64,000 nucleotides of DNA from Tubulanus polymorphus. Taxonomy: Eukaryota > Animalia > Nemertea. The stretch is taken from positions 5,798,485 to 5,862,484 of the forward strand of contig NC_134027.1 in the NCBI RefSeq assembly GCF_964204645.1. The letters run 5' to 3'. Shown here one piece after another: positions 41,060-54,729 of this stretch; position 1 is the stretch's first letter; each line of letters opens with the position of its first letter. The notes beneath the pieces are model-generated. The model was not told the DNA's origin, ran no database searches, and saw nothing but the letters and a program-made list of their open reading frames with translations. A program made the translations under genes and the position numbers.

Positions 41060-42845
41060 CCATTTAGAAATAGTGGAATATTTTTTTAAATTTTTTGACC
41101 CCACTTTTTGCCGGTTTTATGTAGTTCCCTTTTACGAAGAAAAAAATAGCTGATATAAATATAACAACGTGTGGTTAATTCGGATAAAATGTCACTCAAG
41201 CTCTCAACAGGAAAACAGGAGGCATCTATAGATAGAAATGTATACCATTTTCATGTACTGTTCAATTTAATTAATTTATACAACCACTAGATAAGGAAAT
41301 AGCAGCCGTGGCGCGTTTCTACCGCAGTGAGAAGGATGCGTCACTTAACCGAATTATTATATCGTGAGACACCCCGGTACGTTCGCGGTTTTCAGCGTGT
41401 CGTATTTTAGAAACACCCTTGTTCGACTGCGATAGTTCCTGGAAATGAAGCTTCTACTGAAAATTACTCCCCTGCGAGGTGAACTTCTAGTGAAATCAGG
41501 AGCAAAAAATCTGAATTTAGCTGATATTTTAAGTGGCTCATATCGATAACGACACTTTCAATGCTTAAGTATCTACAGTTCAGTTTGAATGATTGAATTG
41601 TAACAAAGACAAGCTATGATCGGACACTGCGTGACATTTTCAGGACGTCAGACGTCTATGCTGCAGTACAGTATTTATAGCCACCAAATCTTCAAATCTA
41701 ATTAGGTGTATATGATACAAAACACAGACCGACGACCTATCCAAATATAAAGCAATAAAACTCAAGACCGATCGCATATCATAGCAATAAATCGCTATAG
41801 GATAGATTAATTAACGGTTGTTTGTCTGGCTAAGGGTTAACCTGTCTGAATGAATTGATATTTAGACTGAAAACAATGTACGCGTCACGCCATAATATAC
41901 TAGATTGGGAACGGTTGTAATATATAATTTTATCGCCTACTAAGCGCCGAATTTACTAGAGATGAATTCAACTCGACGCGTAATTGTTCATATCCCCAAT
42001 TAGAGTTTAAATACGATCATGGTCACCAATTCATTTATACAAACATAATTTGCGAATTAAAATTTAGATGATGACCGACGGACAGAATTCAGCGTATAGC
42101 GGAACTTAGAATAATGAATGAATTTTTTGGTTAAGCACTGGTATATTTTTCTTTGAGTGGTTACGAGACTCTATAATGAAAAGAACAAATTTTCCTACTT
42201 TTAAATGTTTTAGCAACACGCGGGCACACATAGGCCACATATAGACCACCAGCTTTGCCTATAGCGCGCTACAGAGGAAAGTACAGACCTGTCAAAACTA
42301 GCTGTTAGGTATATAGGATTCCTGGCGTTTGTTTATAGGAAATTCAGTAAATTGGAGCGCGAAAGAGGTTCGATTTCATGTCAGACTAATGATGTTCTGA
42401 AGGCAGAAGTTGGCGGAAGGTTGAACGATGACAAATTAGCCGCTGAAATTTACTACGTATTTCTCAACAACCCGAGAATATACCTCATGCACGAAATGTG
42501 TACAAAAAACCGACACAACGCTTGAAAAACATTTCACAATTTAAAGTCTACACCTGCAGTTTGATTACGCTAAAACGACAAATTAAAACGCTCTATTTCA
42601 CCTTACAAGTAGGATAGCGATAAGTTGAATATCTGATAAGATTAACGCGAGTTGTTGATAAGTAAGGCTGATAAGAATCGCGTAGAAATAAATAAGCTCT
42701 TCCTTTTTTTAAAGAAAAAATTCTTATAGACGGGAAAATTATAAACAGAACATGCAAATAACTATGCGAATATAATGAAACGAATTTTGAACACATGAAT
42801 ATGCTTTCATTCAAGTAAAAGTAATTTTCGAATGTCCTTGCTCAC

Positions 42846-44474
42846 CTAATATTTACTGCATTCGTACGCATAAGGCGGTGATGGTTTATACGAAGGTCTA
42901 AAAGACGCTGCTAGTTGACAACTCGAGGATGAACTTGAGTGCGGTACCTGTCCTGGCTGAGGTATAAGTCTTTGACACTGTTCGTATGAAGGAGTATCAA
43001 CTCGGTTCGTAGCGGTGAAACCAGGCGAAGAGTCATTAGCGTGCGGGCTCATATCAGCTGATGAAGGGGTCGGTACGTACCAGGACCCAGTCGCTCGTCC
43101 GTACTGAGTTGCCGACGGTGACATAGAGCACTGTTGAGAAAGTCCAGTAGAGTGATTGAGCTGACTAACTAGATCATCGTGAACGGGTGCTATCGACATA
43201 TGCTGACCGGTCATACCGGGCGTACGTTCAGGGAAAACCGTTGACGGATTGTTCTGCATCGGCCCTGTACCGTTACACGGTGAAAACGGCGAAGTATTCG
43301 ACTGTCCCGAACAGTTGTTGACATTGCGGTAAAAGTCAGACGCCCTCGTATACGACAAGGGCTGCGGAGAGACGAGGGTCGATCGAGAAGCGAGACTCAA
43401 TGCCCCGGCGGATAGGTCACAGGCGTTCGTCACCGAATTCATCGAGGTCATTATATTTTCGACTGAGAAATTATTGACGGTCGTTTCGACGGTAAGCGGA
43501 TCCGTGGGTATCGGTAAAATAGTGTGACTACTCGGCGACTGTTGATGATGTAAATGTGGATGTTCACGGTGAAGAAGATGGTGATGATGATGGTGTAGAC
43601 CATTAACAAGAGGGTGACTTAGACAGTTTTCTGGCGCGGCTAACGGCGGTGACGATTCTAGTGGTTCCAATTTAGTCATAATCGGCGTAGAACTGTTACC
43701 ATTTTCGGATTTAGAATCTTCCGAGTCTAAATTATGATGGCGGATGTCCGATTTCGGTTTCAAGTCGTCACTTTTACCGGAATCTGACGAACAGTCCTCG
43801 GGTTCGTCTTTTATCGTATCATCTGGAGACAGAGGTTTATCGTCTGTACCGGATTTCTGTTCGTGTTTATCTGCCGTCGAACCCTTATCAGCGCGTATCG
43901 TGTCCTTCTTTTTGAATCGTCTCCGACGTCGGAGATAGCTTCCATTGTCGAACATGTTATAACTGTCCGGGTCTAGAGTCCAGTAACTGCCTTTGCCTGG
44001 TTTTTTGTCGTCGCGCGGAATCTTGACAAAACACTCATTCAATGAGAGATTATGGCGAATAGAATTTTGCCAGCCTTGTTTATTTTCCCTATAGAAAGGG
44101 AATCTGTCCATGATAAATTGATATATTCCGTTGAGAGTAACTTTCTTGTCCGGTGACGCTTGAATGGCCATAGCGATCAGAGCTATGTACGAGTAAGGCG
44201 GTTTGACCATGTCTTTGACCTGCGAGTGCTGCTGGGCGTAAGGATGATAGTGCGACGTGCGAGCCATCGCTCCATATTGCTCTGGACTGTACATAGGCAT
44301 CCCTCCGACAGACATCCCTGACATACCCGGATAAGTACTGCGACAGTAACTCGGATCCCACGACAAACTGGGCACCATACCCAAGCCTGTGTGGTTTGAT
44401 GGCATCATCGAAGACATCGTATGTTGAGGATATCTCGCTTGGAGACCAGCGCTGGGCTGCATCATCATACTCAT
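42846..44474 (-). CDS. FoxC: Forkhead box C transcription factor, 542 aa, intronless CDS
   Basis: Forkhead domain [18 protein letters not shown]...[63 protein letters not shown] typical of class C; EH1 motif FSVENIM (43469-43449); His run; C-terminal AYECSKY resembling vertebrate FOXC ends. Confidence 0.97.
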   Translation of the reverse strand: MSMMMQPSAGLQARYPQHTMSSMMPSNHTGLGMVPSLSWDPSYCRSTYPGMSGMSVGGMPMYSPEQYGAMARTSHYHPYAQQHSQVKDMVKPPYSYIALIAMAIQASPDKKVTLNGIYQFIMDRFPFYRENKQGWQNSIRHNLSLNECFVKIPRDDKKPGKGSYWTLDPDSYNMFDNGSYLRRRRRFKKKDTIRADKGSTADKHEQKSGTDDKPLSPDDTIKDEPEDCSSDSGKSDDLKPKSDIRHHNLDSEDSKSENGNSSTPIMTKLEPLESSPPLAAPENCLSHPLVNGLHHHHHHLLHREHPHLHHQQSPSSHTILPIPTDPLTVETTVNNFSVENIMTSMNSVTNACDLSAGALSLASRSTLVSPQPLSYTRASDFYRNVNNCSGQSNTSPFSPCNGTGPMQNNPSTVFPERTPGMTGQHMSIAPVHDDLVSQLNHSTGLSQQCSMSPSATQYGRATGSWYVPTPSSADMSPHANDSSPGFTATNRVDTPSYEQCQRLIPQPGQVPHSSSSSSCQLAASFRPSYKPSPPYAYECSKY

Positions 44475-47400
44475 TCGGAGCTTATATTCATCCAGAATGC
44501 CGACTAAATTGTTAATGGTGGTAAACTTTATGTGCGTACGAACTTTTCACTGAGAAGCTTATTTTACATGCTATTGCTTCACCGACGCAGCCACGCCTCG
44601 CTCGGAGTGGCGGCCAATCAGGGGATGTCGATCACTCGAACATAAGCACTCGGCACACATGCGCGTGAATAAGCAATTATGACGACCGCCGCTTCATGAA
44701 ATAGACATTTACTCAATTCAAGTTTTGTGTATATTTATGTTGACAGTTTTAACGAGTTTTTAACAAGCCGACAATTATGTTACATAGCATCGAAGATCGT
44801 TCGATAGTTTTTCTTGATAAAAATGTTTTCGAGATAAACAGGTGCGATTTATAATCGGGGCATCTCTCTCTCTCAACGAGTTGATATTCTACGCCTTCAA
44901 GACCACAGAAACATGAAGTTCTCATAGAAAATATAACTTTCTATGTCTATGATAAGACTTATATACTTCCAAAAAGAAAAAGGTGAAATAGATACCTATC
45001 ATCGACTCCTTCGTCTCTCTCTATATATGAATCTCCCATTTCACAGTGTATAAATTCAAAGAACATTTGACAAATGCGCGCATCTTTTTTGTCGAAAGTG
45101 TAAAGAGATAAAAAGACGGAACTGTAGCAGTTGGCGCAATTTCAACAACCACATGTGTGTTAGATTATGCCGGGACGACAGAGAGACCATAGAGCTGTAC
45201 CGAAACCGGGTCTTACAGCTAGAATTAGTAGGCTACTTGACCTACAATCTAGACAACCTATGTGGGAAACGATGGTAGTGATTTATTTTGGTCCAGTCTA
45301 TGAGAATCGGTTTTATCGGTTGTCTCGTTCTCAAAGTTCAGTACATCTTGTCAGATAAATCGTCCGCGTATATCATCGCTACTGAAAACGGTATCAGTAA
45401 CCGGGACAAATGGCAACGTGTATTTCAGAACTTACATTGGAATCGCACATCATTTTTACGTTGCTACAAATCAATATGAACCCGCAATACTTGAATACAA
45501 TGATCTACGGGAGAATATCAGTTTCTTGGTCGTAATTTGCGTGTACATCGTGTCAAAATGAACAATCATTAACTCGTTTTTGTGTGAATGAACTCGTTCT
45601 ATCAATAGGCCATTTTCCGACATGATTTTTCCACTCCCAAATATCTTCTATAGTAAGACGCGAGTACAAAGACCCCGATTTACGTTTGACAGCTCAGCTC
45701 CGACCAGATAATAAAACCGAATCATTTCATAAGAAACGAAAACCTTGTTTTTCTATATCTACGCGGTCGGTAATTTTTGCCAAGGAATTATCATCGAGTG
45801 AATAACATCGAGCTTTTGTTATTAGGAACTATTCTTGATGAAATGATGGGCGGCGAAACCTTTCCAGTAATTTGAACACGCACCAGTTTTCATTCATCGG
45901 CCTGAAAAGGTATCAATGGTGTAGGTTTTAAAGTAACTTTTAAGATATTCATTCAGTTTTGTATTCGCTGAAATGAATTTTGAAATGGGACCTTCTTCTA
46001 AAATGTTAAAAAATCATTTCTAACAAATCGTAAATTATGAATTAGTGACATTATGAATTAGAGGTACAAAGTTTAATCACCATCAAATCGTTGCAGTTCA
46101 TGTAACACCTTTAGCGATATATTTTTTCCACATTTTTTCTCATTGTGTCATTCTAAATGACTAAGTGGAGTTTAGTGTGCATGTCCATCGGTCCCACGGT
46201 GGGCGAAATGTGATCTACAGAACTTTCCACGTCAAACCAATTCTTGAAATGTAAAAAATATCTCTCGCTACAGGAGATTGATCGGTAATGTTGAGTGACG
46301 TTCGAACGGAAGAACCCTCGCGATTCGTATGCGTGGGCATGCTTCCGTTGAAAGCACGAATTTCGAGGCTCATATCTGATGTTGATGTTGAAATCTGGTT
46401 CTAACTGGAATAGGTGATTTAGAAACTGAATATATACCAATTTGATCTATATATTTCATTAAGTGTTGATCTCTATTTTTACTAAATAAAGTTTATTCTA
46501 TGTTCATAATTCGCGTATTTGACCCCATATCGCTATATAGCTTCTATGTAGATGATACAACGGAAAGGAATTGTCTTCAAAATGAGAATTTGGGCGATGT
46601 GGATTATTTTTGCATTTGCATAGATGGGATCCTTTGTTAAAGATGCGATACACATTCTATGTAAATACATGAAATGCATGTAAGAAATCCACTCAAAAAA
46701 CCGCCGTACCAAATAAAGAGAACATTTCTTAGATATTGAAACATCATTCGCTTCAGTAGTTCAAGGGAACACAAGTCGCTACAATCAAAACAACACTTGC
46801 TTCAAAAGAAACATTTTATATAACCAGCGCAACAACATTTTATTTATTTTTCGACAACCAGGGATTCTAATAAGAACATAAGTGGCTGTTAGGTTCGGCT
46901 TTTATGCTACTGTGGTCGCGATATCTTGCAATAACGCGAATTTGTTGAAAGAAATAACATTCAGACATAATGGATTCCCTTGCATATATGGAACGCTTGA
47001 TCGACTCACGACACGCCGGAAGTCTGTTCATATGGCAGTCGACACGACAGGAGGCGCTTAATTAAATCGGTCAAATATTTATCAATAACTTCCATCAAAT
47101 TTTTCGTGATTGTTAACCATATACAATACGATATAATTCGATTATTGTCGCCATTGAAATTGAAGATACGTACATACATGAAATGCACGTGCTTCCGCAA
47201 TGTGCCTTTAATTTTCATTATTGACAATGAATTATACTAATTGACTCAAGTGGAGAAAACGATTGATTGTGAGTTCCATCACTGGGTTGAATTCATTCTT
47301 TGGGTAAAGTTTAACCGCTACTGGTTTGAAATTCACGATTCTCAGATTTCCTGAAGCTGTGTTAAAACACACACCGAAATGGACATTTTTTCCAGAGGGG

Positions 47401-49439
47401 CGTTAATCTCAAAACGTAGTTGTTTTTGCAAATCGAAACCACATATCGCTCACATTTTGTGCCCATACTTCCACCGGCTTAGAATCCATCGTATGATATC
47501 CTTCTCTTTATTTTTTTCGTAGAAATAAACGTTTTCGTTATTCGAAGGGGAAGGATACGCGTATATGATAAGATCTCATCTCATCAAATCGGTGATGAAC
47601 ATCATCTTCTACAGATAGGAATCTTAAGTCACTATCCCTGTTTACAAGTCCATTAGATACTGTAGCATTTTTGGCGAGCCAACTGCGTCTTAGCTTGTTT
47701 TCGGTAACCGCTAATCGAATACTGTGCGCAACATTTTATGCATTTTTACCTGTCAAAATACGCAGTTTTAATTACTGGAGATAATGCGCCAGCTATGCGC
47801 AATCATTTGCATGTTGTTTTAAAGCGACCCGTTCAGCATTTTGCTTTAGTTTGGCGAAAGGCTTAAGCATGCCGTGGCGTTCTTACCCACGTTATACAGG
47901 AATTCAAAATTTGCCCTCTAATTCTTCGCAGACAAGAACGATGCGATATTGAATCGTCGATTACAAAAAGTCATACATACTTCAATAAAGTACCTCGATG
48001 AACGGATCTTAATTTCCCTCGTTAGAACTATTTGATTTTTATATAGGCCTATACATTCTAGCCCACTATCGCTAAATTGAAATCAATCGGATGGCGTAAT
48101 TTCCGTTGTAGGAGTCTGTTCGGGAGTCTTTTGTGAGCCGTCATTCATAAGATAGTGCAGCAGTTAACCTGTCGAATTCAAAACAGTTGCGCCTTAATAA
48201 ACAGGTGTGAAGAAATCGGAAGTGTCAAAGTTTACAACGTTTCATGCTGTGACGTAATGAGCGTATGTGAAAAATGACAGGTGCATTGGTTTTACCAAAA
48301 ATACGCTTTTCAACTTATATTTCTTTCAATTGCAAAGACAGTATTTACATGAAGTAAAAATATCGCCCGCGATAATTCTTATTCAAGAACCCACTAAGTT
48401 TACTGGGGTTAAATGGGACGAAAATCTAAAAATATTTCAAAGATATCTCTTGATCTTAAAATCCACAAGTCTCCATGTGTTCATGATTTCACTTTCGATG
48501 AAATGCATGGGCAAGGCCAAAACACTGTTAAGAAGTGGGTGCCCCAGGAATAGCATCAAAGGTGCTAACTTGTGCGGTTCCGTTGGCACAGTAGTACAGT
48601 CCAACGGTTTGTTCCTATGGATGAAAACATGATACGCTCAGTATGTACGTAATTAAGATACCACGTACCTAGTTGCATGTTAACCTACGAGTGTTAATTA
48701 ACACTTTAACGCCGATATAATCTTATCTGACGTAATTAACATCCTAGTCACTCAATCTTCCCTTGCCTACGCGCAGACCACCGGGCGATTTAGATTTCTT
48801 CTGAGAAATAAGAAGCCGATATTCGGGAATAGTATTTTTTTCAATTTGGATCTATAATGTACTTTCCGTGAACGACTCGATGGTATAATTGATAAGCACT
48901 TGAATGCTTCCTGTATTTAAGAACGCCACCCTGCTGAATTCGAGCGACGCGCCGGTATAAGCATCAACAGATTCCCGGAACACGACCAGCAGCTCTTAGA
49001 ACCGGTCCATAAATCAGATCACTTCTTTTATCAACTATATATCAATTTCAAGGCTCCTTGGGGTACCCGTAAGCAATCCTGATTATCCAGACTATTTTTC
49101 CTACAGATTCTACCAAATCCTTCTCTTGAATTTGCAAATATTCCCATGCATGCGGTGTCCTGCAGCACCTGCCAAGAACTGGGTAACAACTGCCCAGTAA
49201 CAAACTAGAGAATCGTGTGGATCAGAGGAACGAAAACTGATGCCTTTAATTTGTACTGTACATAATGAGATCTATTTATTCATTTACACAAGTGCTGTTT
49301 GTGTATTTGTTCAACTCAGAGATGGATTGCTTATGAGTTACTTATACATTTGCTTATCTTTATACATTTGTTTATCTGTTATCGTTTGTCATCAGCATCG
49401 CTGCACGACGATTTTTCGTCAAACGCATAAGAATTCTAT

Positions 49440-49513
49440 GCCCGGTTAGCTCAGCCGGTAGAGCATCAGGCTTTGAAACTTAAGGGTCCTGGGTTCGAGT
49501 CCCATACCGGGCG
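49440..49513 (+). tRNA. tRNA-Lys-derived gene or pseudogene with altered anticodon arm (loop CTTTGAA[A])
   Basis: GCCCGGTTAGCTCAGCCGGTAGAGCA...GGGTTCGAGTCCC..ACCGGGCG closely follows eukaryotic tRNA-Lys; perfect 7-bp acceptor stem, intact A and B boxes, T5 terminator at 49520-49524; anticodon stem mispaired and one extra nucleotide. Confidence 0.8.
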
Positions 49514-51949
49514 CTAGTGTTTTTCTGTTTCTGTATTAGTGGATGGCAATGAATTATTTTTTGTTTCGCCTAAGTACTCGATATGGTCTGCAATATGACA
49601 AATTAATAAAAGATAGACTTTTGGGTGCTGCAAAGGAAACGCTTTACGCAAAGGTGTGTGCAAATTCATCCTACCTACAGCTGTTTGGAGATGAGAGTTG
49701 CTGCAATTTATCCGGTTTCATGCCCGCTATCGAATGGCTTTCATTTTGCGCTAATTCGTTATGAACAGTTGTGTTAAATCTAATGGAGGTAATCCGTGGC
49801 TAATCTGTCTAGCTTTACACCACGCGTCGGGATCAAAACCTTCACCGAATAAAATCATCCGGTGCGATATAACCGTCTTTTCATCCTTTTTATTTCTTTC
49901 AAAAGATTAAAAGTAGCAGTTTTCCTGAGGGTAGGGTTCATGGAGATTTTTGAATCATTCTGACAATGAGCTTGCAGATCTACGTCACTGAGTTGCCAAA
50001 AGTAAAAATCTTCAATCTTACAACGTAAAGTTTTCAAGTAGAGGCCAAATCATTATCGAGTCCACCGTTGACACGACCATTCAATTTTCATGGTATATAT
50101 GAACTCCTTGAAATTTATGAACATTGAGGGAAAACAAAGATATAAAGACCCAGTGCGGGATGTTCCAGTCACACGTTTTCGTATGTTTTGTAATGAAAAT
50201 CGTTAAAAATCGCAGCATCTGATCCAAATCACCTGGAAACGTGTGAGATGTAAGTAATGCGAGCGAGCCGCAAAACATGACAATTCCATATAGGAGGATA
50301 TAAGGATTATAATCCCGCAGTCACAGCCTTTACTCTGACACCGTCAGCACCTGGCCGGATTAACAGCAGCACGGTGACTGTGGTTTTCTGCTTCGTTGCC
50401 CATTGGGAATTCGCGCGTCGAGATTCGTAGGCAGCTGCGTGCTCCAGTCATCACTGTGCCTACCCAACCTGCCACGCCATATCGCGTGTCTCTAAACCAG
50501 TTTTGATTTAATCCATTTTATTCGTTGCATCTCATTCGTCTAAAACGATGCTTATAGATTCGTTTAGATAGTCGATGGGCCGAATTATAACAGCCTTACC
50601 AAATAGATTATTATCAAGACATCGTGGAAGTTCATAAAATACATACATGTATATATACCTTATTGCAGCGTTCCCTCATCCTGCATTCTTTCTGATGTCA
50701 GCTCCTATGGCGGCTTGACCTTTGTGTCGACCTTAGACGTAGTTTTCTTGCAGCTGGAGATCATTGCGTGTAGTTTTTACATGTTTTTATTCGGTTAAAT
50801 CGACACGCCGATCAGCTCTGACATATGTCCGAATTGTTTTCTTAATGTTTGTCACATTTCCCCCTAGAAGCCTCAAACCTCAAATTGCAACTCATTGAAA
50901 ATAATTGACCGAGATTTTTTTTAAAAAATGCTCGTTAACTTTGGCAGGTCAAGATGCGGTATAACGGAGTAACATCAATTGGTAACCACGTAATTAGTGG
51001 CAGATGCATACTGCATCTTCTACGTAAAAATATCATGCATTAGGCAGTCGTTGGAGACCTAGTTTTTCGGGATCATGAATTGGAATACATCTTCGGTCCT
51101 GTTGTCCTTTGTATAGTGTGGATAATTTTTGCTCATACCTCCAATAAATAAGTAAATGCTTCGACTAACAAAAGCTTTGCACATTCCATCTTTATCAGAT
51201 TAATAATGTCAATATCAGATTTATATGGCAAATACCACGAGACGTGACGTCATGGCCATCAACAAGATACATTTGTCTATAAACGATTTTTTCTCCGTTT
51301 TTTTTGTTTATTACTTGACAATCCCCTGACCCAATAAATGAATGAGCCACATGGCTATCTCATTACTAGATATTATAGATTTTGTGTTAATTTTGTCTGA
51401 ACGTTAACTCTTAAACGTTTTCGAGGACATGGTATATGAATCACGCAGGTGATTTGTGTCATAGTATCATATAGAATACAGACATTGGTGAAGCAAACCA
51501 ACGGCGCCGAGAATTTTTTCAAACTTATGGTGATAGTTTTTACGCTCAGAACATTTCTACCGTCTCCTTTTGCCCGGTCCTTTCGAATTTATCGCTGATA
51601 ATGTTTCAATTTAAACGGTATTTCCTGACAATGTTCGCGGTTTCAGAGTGCCGATATATTGAGTGTAGGCTGAGATTAGCCATTTATTTACTACAGTAAG
51701 AAAAAGCCGAATAAATAGGAAAACAAACTTAAACACTGGGTAAACAAACTGATATTATTGTACAGGCTAACCCTGTCAGTTCAATGTTTACAGAATCATT
51801 TGTAATAGTCGAAGCGCTGGATCGGTACACTCCCGCCATCTGGTGGGCTTTATTCTAACTAGTAGGATAATTATCCTTTCCTTTTTTAAACATCATTCAA
51901 AGAAATCAGATTTGAAAACTTTCGTATGAATATTTCTAGCACACGCATA

Positions 51950-54145
51950 TCATCTGTGCTCAGCAGGAACGTGATTCAGAATCTTTGAAATCTCGGATAA
52001 TTCTCCAACAACAGCGACAGAATAAGCGTGAAATTCAGGGAATCCCAAGATTCTCCACAGCCAGACAGTTAGGCGCCAATTGACTTTTCATGACCAAATG
52101 ATCGTATTAATTAACGTGTTTTGTACAGCAAATATTACGCACAAGTGAAATGGTGTAGATATTATTTGTTGAGAAAACTATCAACATTTATTCAACATCA
52201 TTGCTCAGTTACTAGACAGTAGCATGTTGCTGAAAAATATCAATATGTTTAACTAACAAACTAATCTATTTCGATATCTATGGTGGTCTATGGTGCCTAT
52301 GATTCAGATACATACAAAATCGAGATGAAAAATCTGATTGGTGTGCGAAAGGAAATCCATCTCAATTGAATAAAAAGATTTTGAAAAAGATTTTCATTGG
52401 CTTATTGTTCACCGAATTTTCAGCGAAAGCTGAAAAGCTTTTTCTTCGCGAAAACCATCTGGCTAAGAACATTTATCATCACTTACCTACTATTATTCCA
52501 CTTAGATTATTCTGGCTGATCACCACATTCTGCATGCATTAATTAGTGTAAATGATATGAATGGGTTTACTATATATCGTATCTGTTATGCATATAATCT
52601 GGATATTAGGTAAATATTGACATTTCAAAAACGATATGCTTCTCGGGGCCTTTTTCTGTTTGGTTTTTTGATCTGAAGAACGGTATAGTTTACGAAGCAT
52701 CTGTGTGTCGAGGGCTTGTCCAACACCTGGATTGATGATCTTCTCAATATAATAGGAAAATTAGAATGCACCGGCAGATTTTGACTGTGCAAAATCAGAA
52801 AGATTGGTTGGATGTGTATCTAGATGCGAAGGTGCACGTGAAACCTTACCCTTTTACCGATGGAATGATTTTTATTGCAACATCTATTGTGTTTTCTACA
52901 GAAATAAAGAGTTTTGGAGACACGATGGAGTCGAGAAAGGCGTACCGCTGCCGAGCCAGACCTGATGCTATCACCGAAATCACAGACCGAAGTTGTGAAA
53001 GCGCAGCCTTTACTTCTATATCCGAAGAGAATCTTTGTTCTTTCGTTAAAACAACACCTCCGATGTTTTCATGCACCAACAGTTCTCTGAGCGAACGTGC
53101 AAGATGTCTTTCATGCACCGAATGACACCGGCTGCCTTTCGGACACCTAAAAGTGCAGATTATATAAATCGCAGAACGTTTTCTATGAATTATCCCAAGT
53201 CGGTAGGGATGTATAGACGTAGCACTGCAGTGTACGTACCATGGGGTCTTATATTTGAAATATCAACTTTTATATTCGAGGTAGCCATGAAGGGCCCATA
53301 AAAAGTTGAGTATCCTCCATGGAAGAAATCGTATCCGATCTCAGTGACGTCACATGCACCCGAATGACGTGTAACACTGAAGTATAACACCGACCGTGGG
53401 TCTCTGGTGAACATGCAACTGACGAAGAGTAAGATGTATACGGCTTGTACGAGAAGGAACATGAACAGAAGAAGTTCATATTAACGCAAGTTCTTACACA
53501 TCCAGTCCAGCTGTTTGGCATGTGAACATCATTAGCCCTGTTAGCTACCTTACAAATTGTGCGCCGACTGGAACATCTGGCTGGTTAAAGAACTATCGAA
53601 TACGTTTCGGCTTTTTACAGCCCATAGAGCCAATGGTTATCTGTAACCATCTGAGATGTAAAATTACTAGTTGAATATTATACCGTTTTATTATCTTGTA
53701 AGCATCGTGCGAAGTAATTTCTAGTCATAAACCTTACAGCGAACTAATCAATTACTTCATTTTGATTGATTTGGAAGAATCGGAGTGGGGAATGTTGGAG
53801 TATGGGTCTGGCTGGTTCCGTGGTGTTTTGTTAATCGTTTGGCAGATTCCCGTGATAAGTGGCGCTGAAGTTGTTTCTTCTATCAAATCTAATTGCTTCT
53901 TAAAACCAGACGATTGAAATTCGTTTTAGAGTGCATGTTAATACCAGAAACAAAGACGAAGTAAAAGTACTTCGGAAATTATATGTTGCAATGAATAAAG
54001 CGCACAATCTCTCTCAAGAAAGTATTATCATGTATCTATCAAATTATTTCTTATGTGATTATAAATCATTTTATGGACTGAAATTTTCAATTGAATTCAT
54101 TATTTGAAGGGGTGATTGAACACTTTTTAGTGCATAATTAGTTAA

Positions 54146-54181
<36 letters not shown>

Positions 54182-54729
54182 AAAATATGTAAAAATACCT
54201 TTTAGTTTGGTGGTCGTGACGGTGTAAAACTTGTAGCAGAAACGGAAAGGCTGTAACCCTGTACCAAGTGGCCCGTATCAGTGGCTTCGAGCAGGATTGG
54301 AGGTGAAATAATATTGAAGACACCATTACTTTCGATAATAGGCTTCGTCTCAAATAAACCTTCTGTTTGTGTTTGAGCATGATATTGAGATCCGAACCGC
54401 CTGGGTGGGGGTAGAGTAAGTACAATGTACCGAATCAACCGAGTCAGTTTATCGCAGTGCCACTTTTTGATACTCGATCAACGAAAAATCGCTTTCATTA
54501 ATCCATCAACATCATTCACAGCAATTCCACTGTTTCCATCAGAATTAAAACTTTCGCTACTAAAAAATTAACGCTTTAATCTAGATTGCCGATTGCGGAT
54601 TGCAGATTGTTGCAGCGTCACCTAGTGTGTGTTATTGGATCCCTATTACGGGGAGGCGATGGTGCAGGCCCGTGCCGAGGGGTGTTCGGGGTAGCGAACG
54701 AACTAATCAATATGCGGAAGCAAAGTGTC
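51950..54729 (-). pseudogene. Candidate unannotated multi-exon gene, decaying pseudogene or spliced lncRNA upstream of FoxC
   Basis: AG/GT-bounded, GC-richer blocks at 54729-54622, 54400-54199, 53898-53756, 53580-53498, 53418-53240, 53146-52850, 52742-52694, 52529-52487, 52083-51950. The last four join in phase to ~174 codons; upstream blocks need a stop, frameshift or weak donor. No family recognised. Confidence 0.4.
54148..54178. repeat. (TA)n microsatellite, ~15 units
   Basis: Direct reading of the sequence. Confidence 0.95.

Noticed and set aside
43744-44361. Antisense and alternate-frame ORFs inside FoxC
   Set aside because: Shadow ORFs of a GC-richer coding region.
53240-53418. Three in-frame TGA codons in one phase-consistent frame suggesting a selenoprotein
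   Set aside because: No SECIS seen, another frame is fully open, and TGA arises readily by chance or CpG decay.
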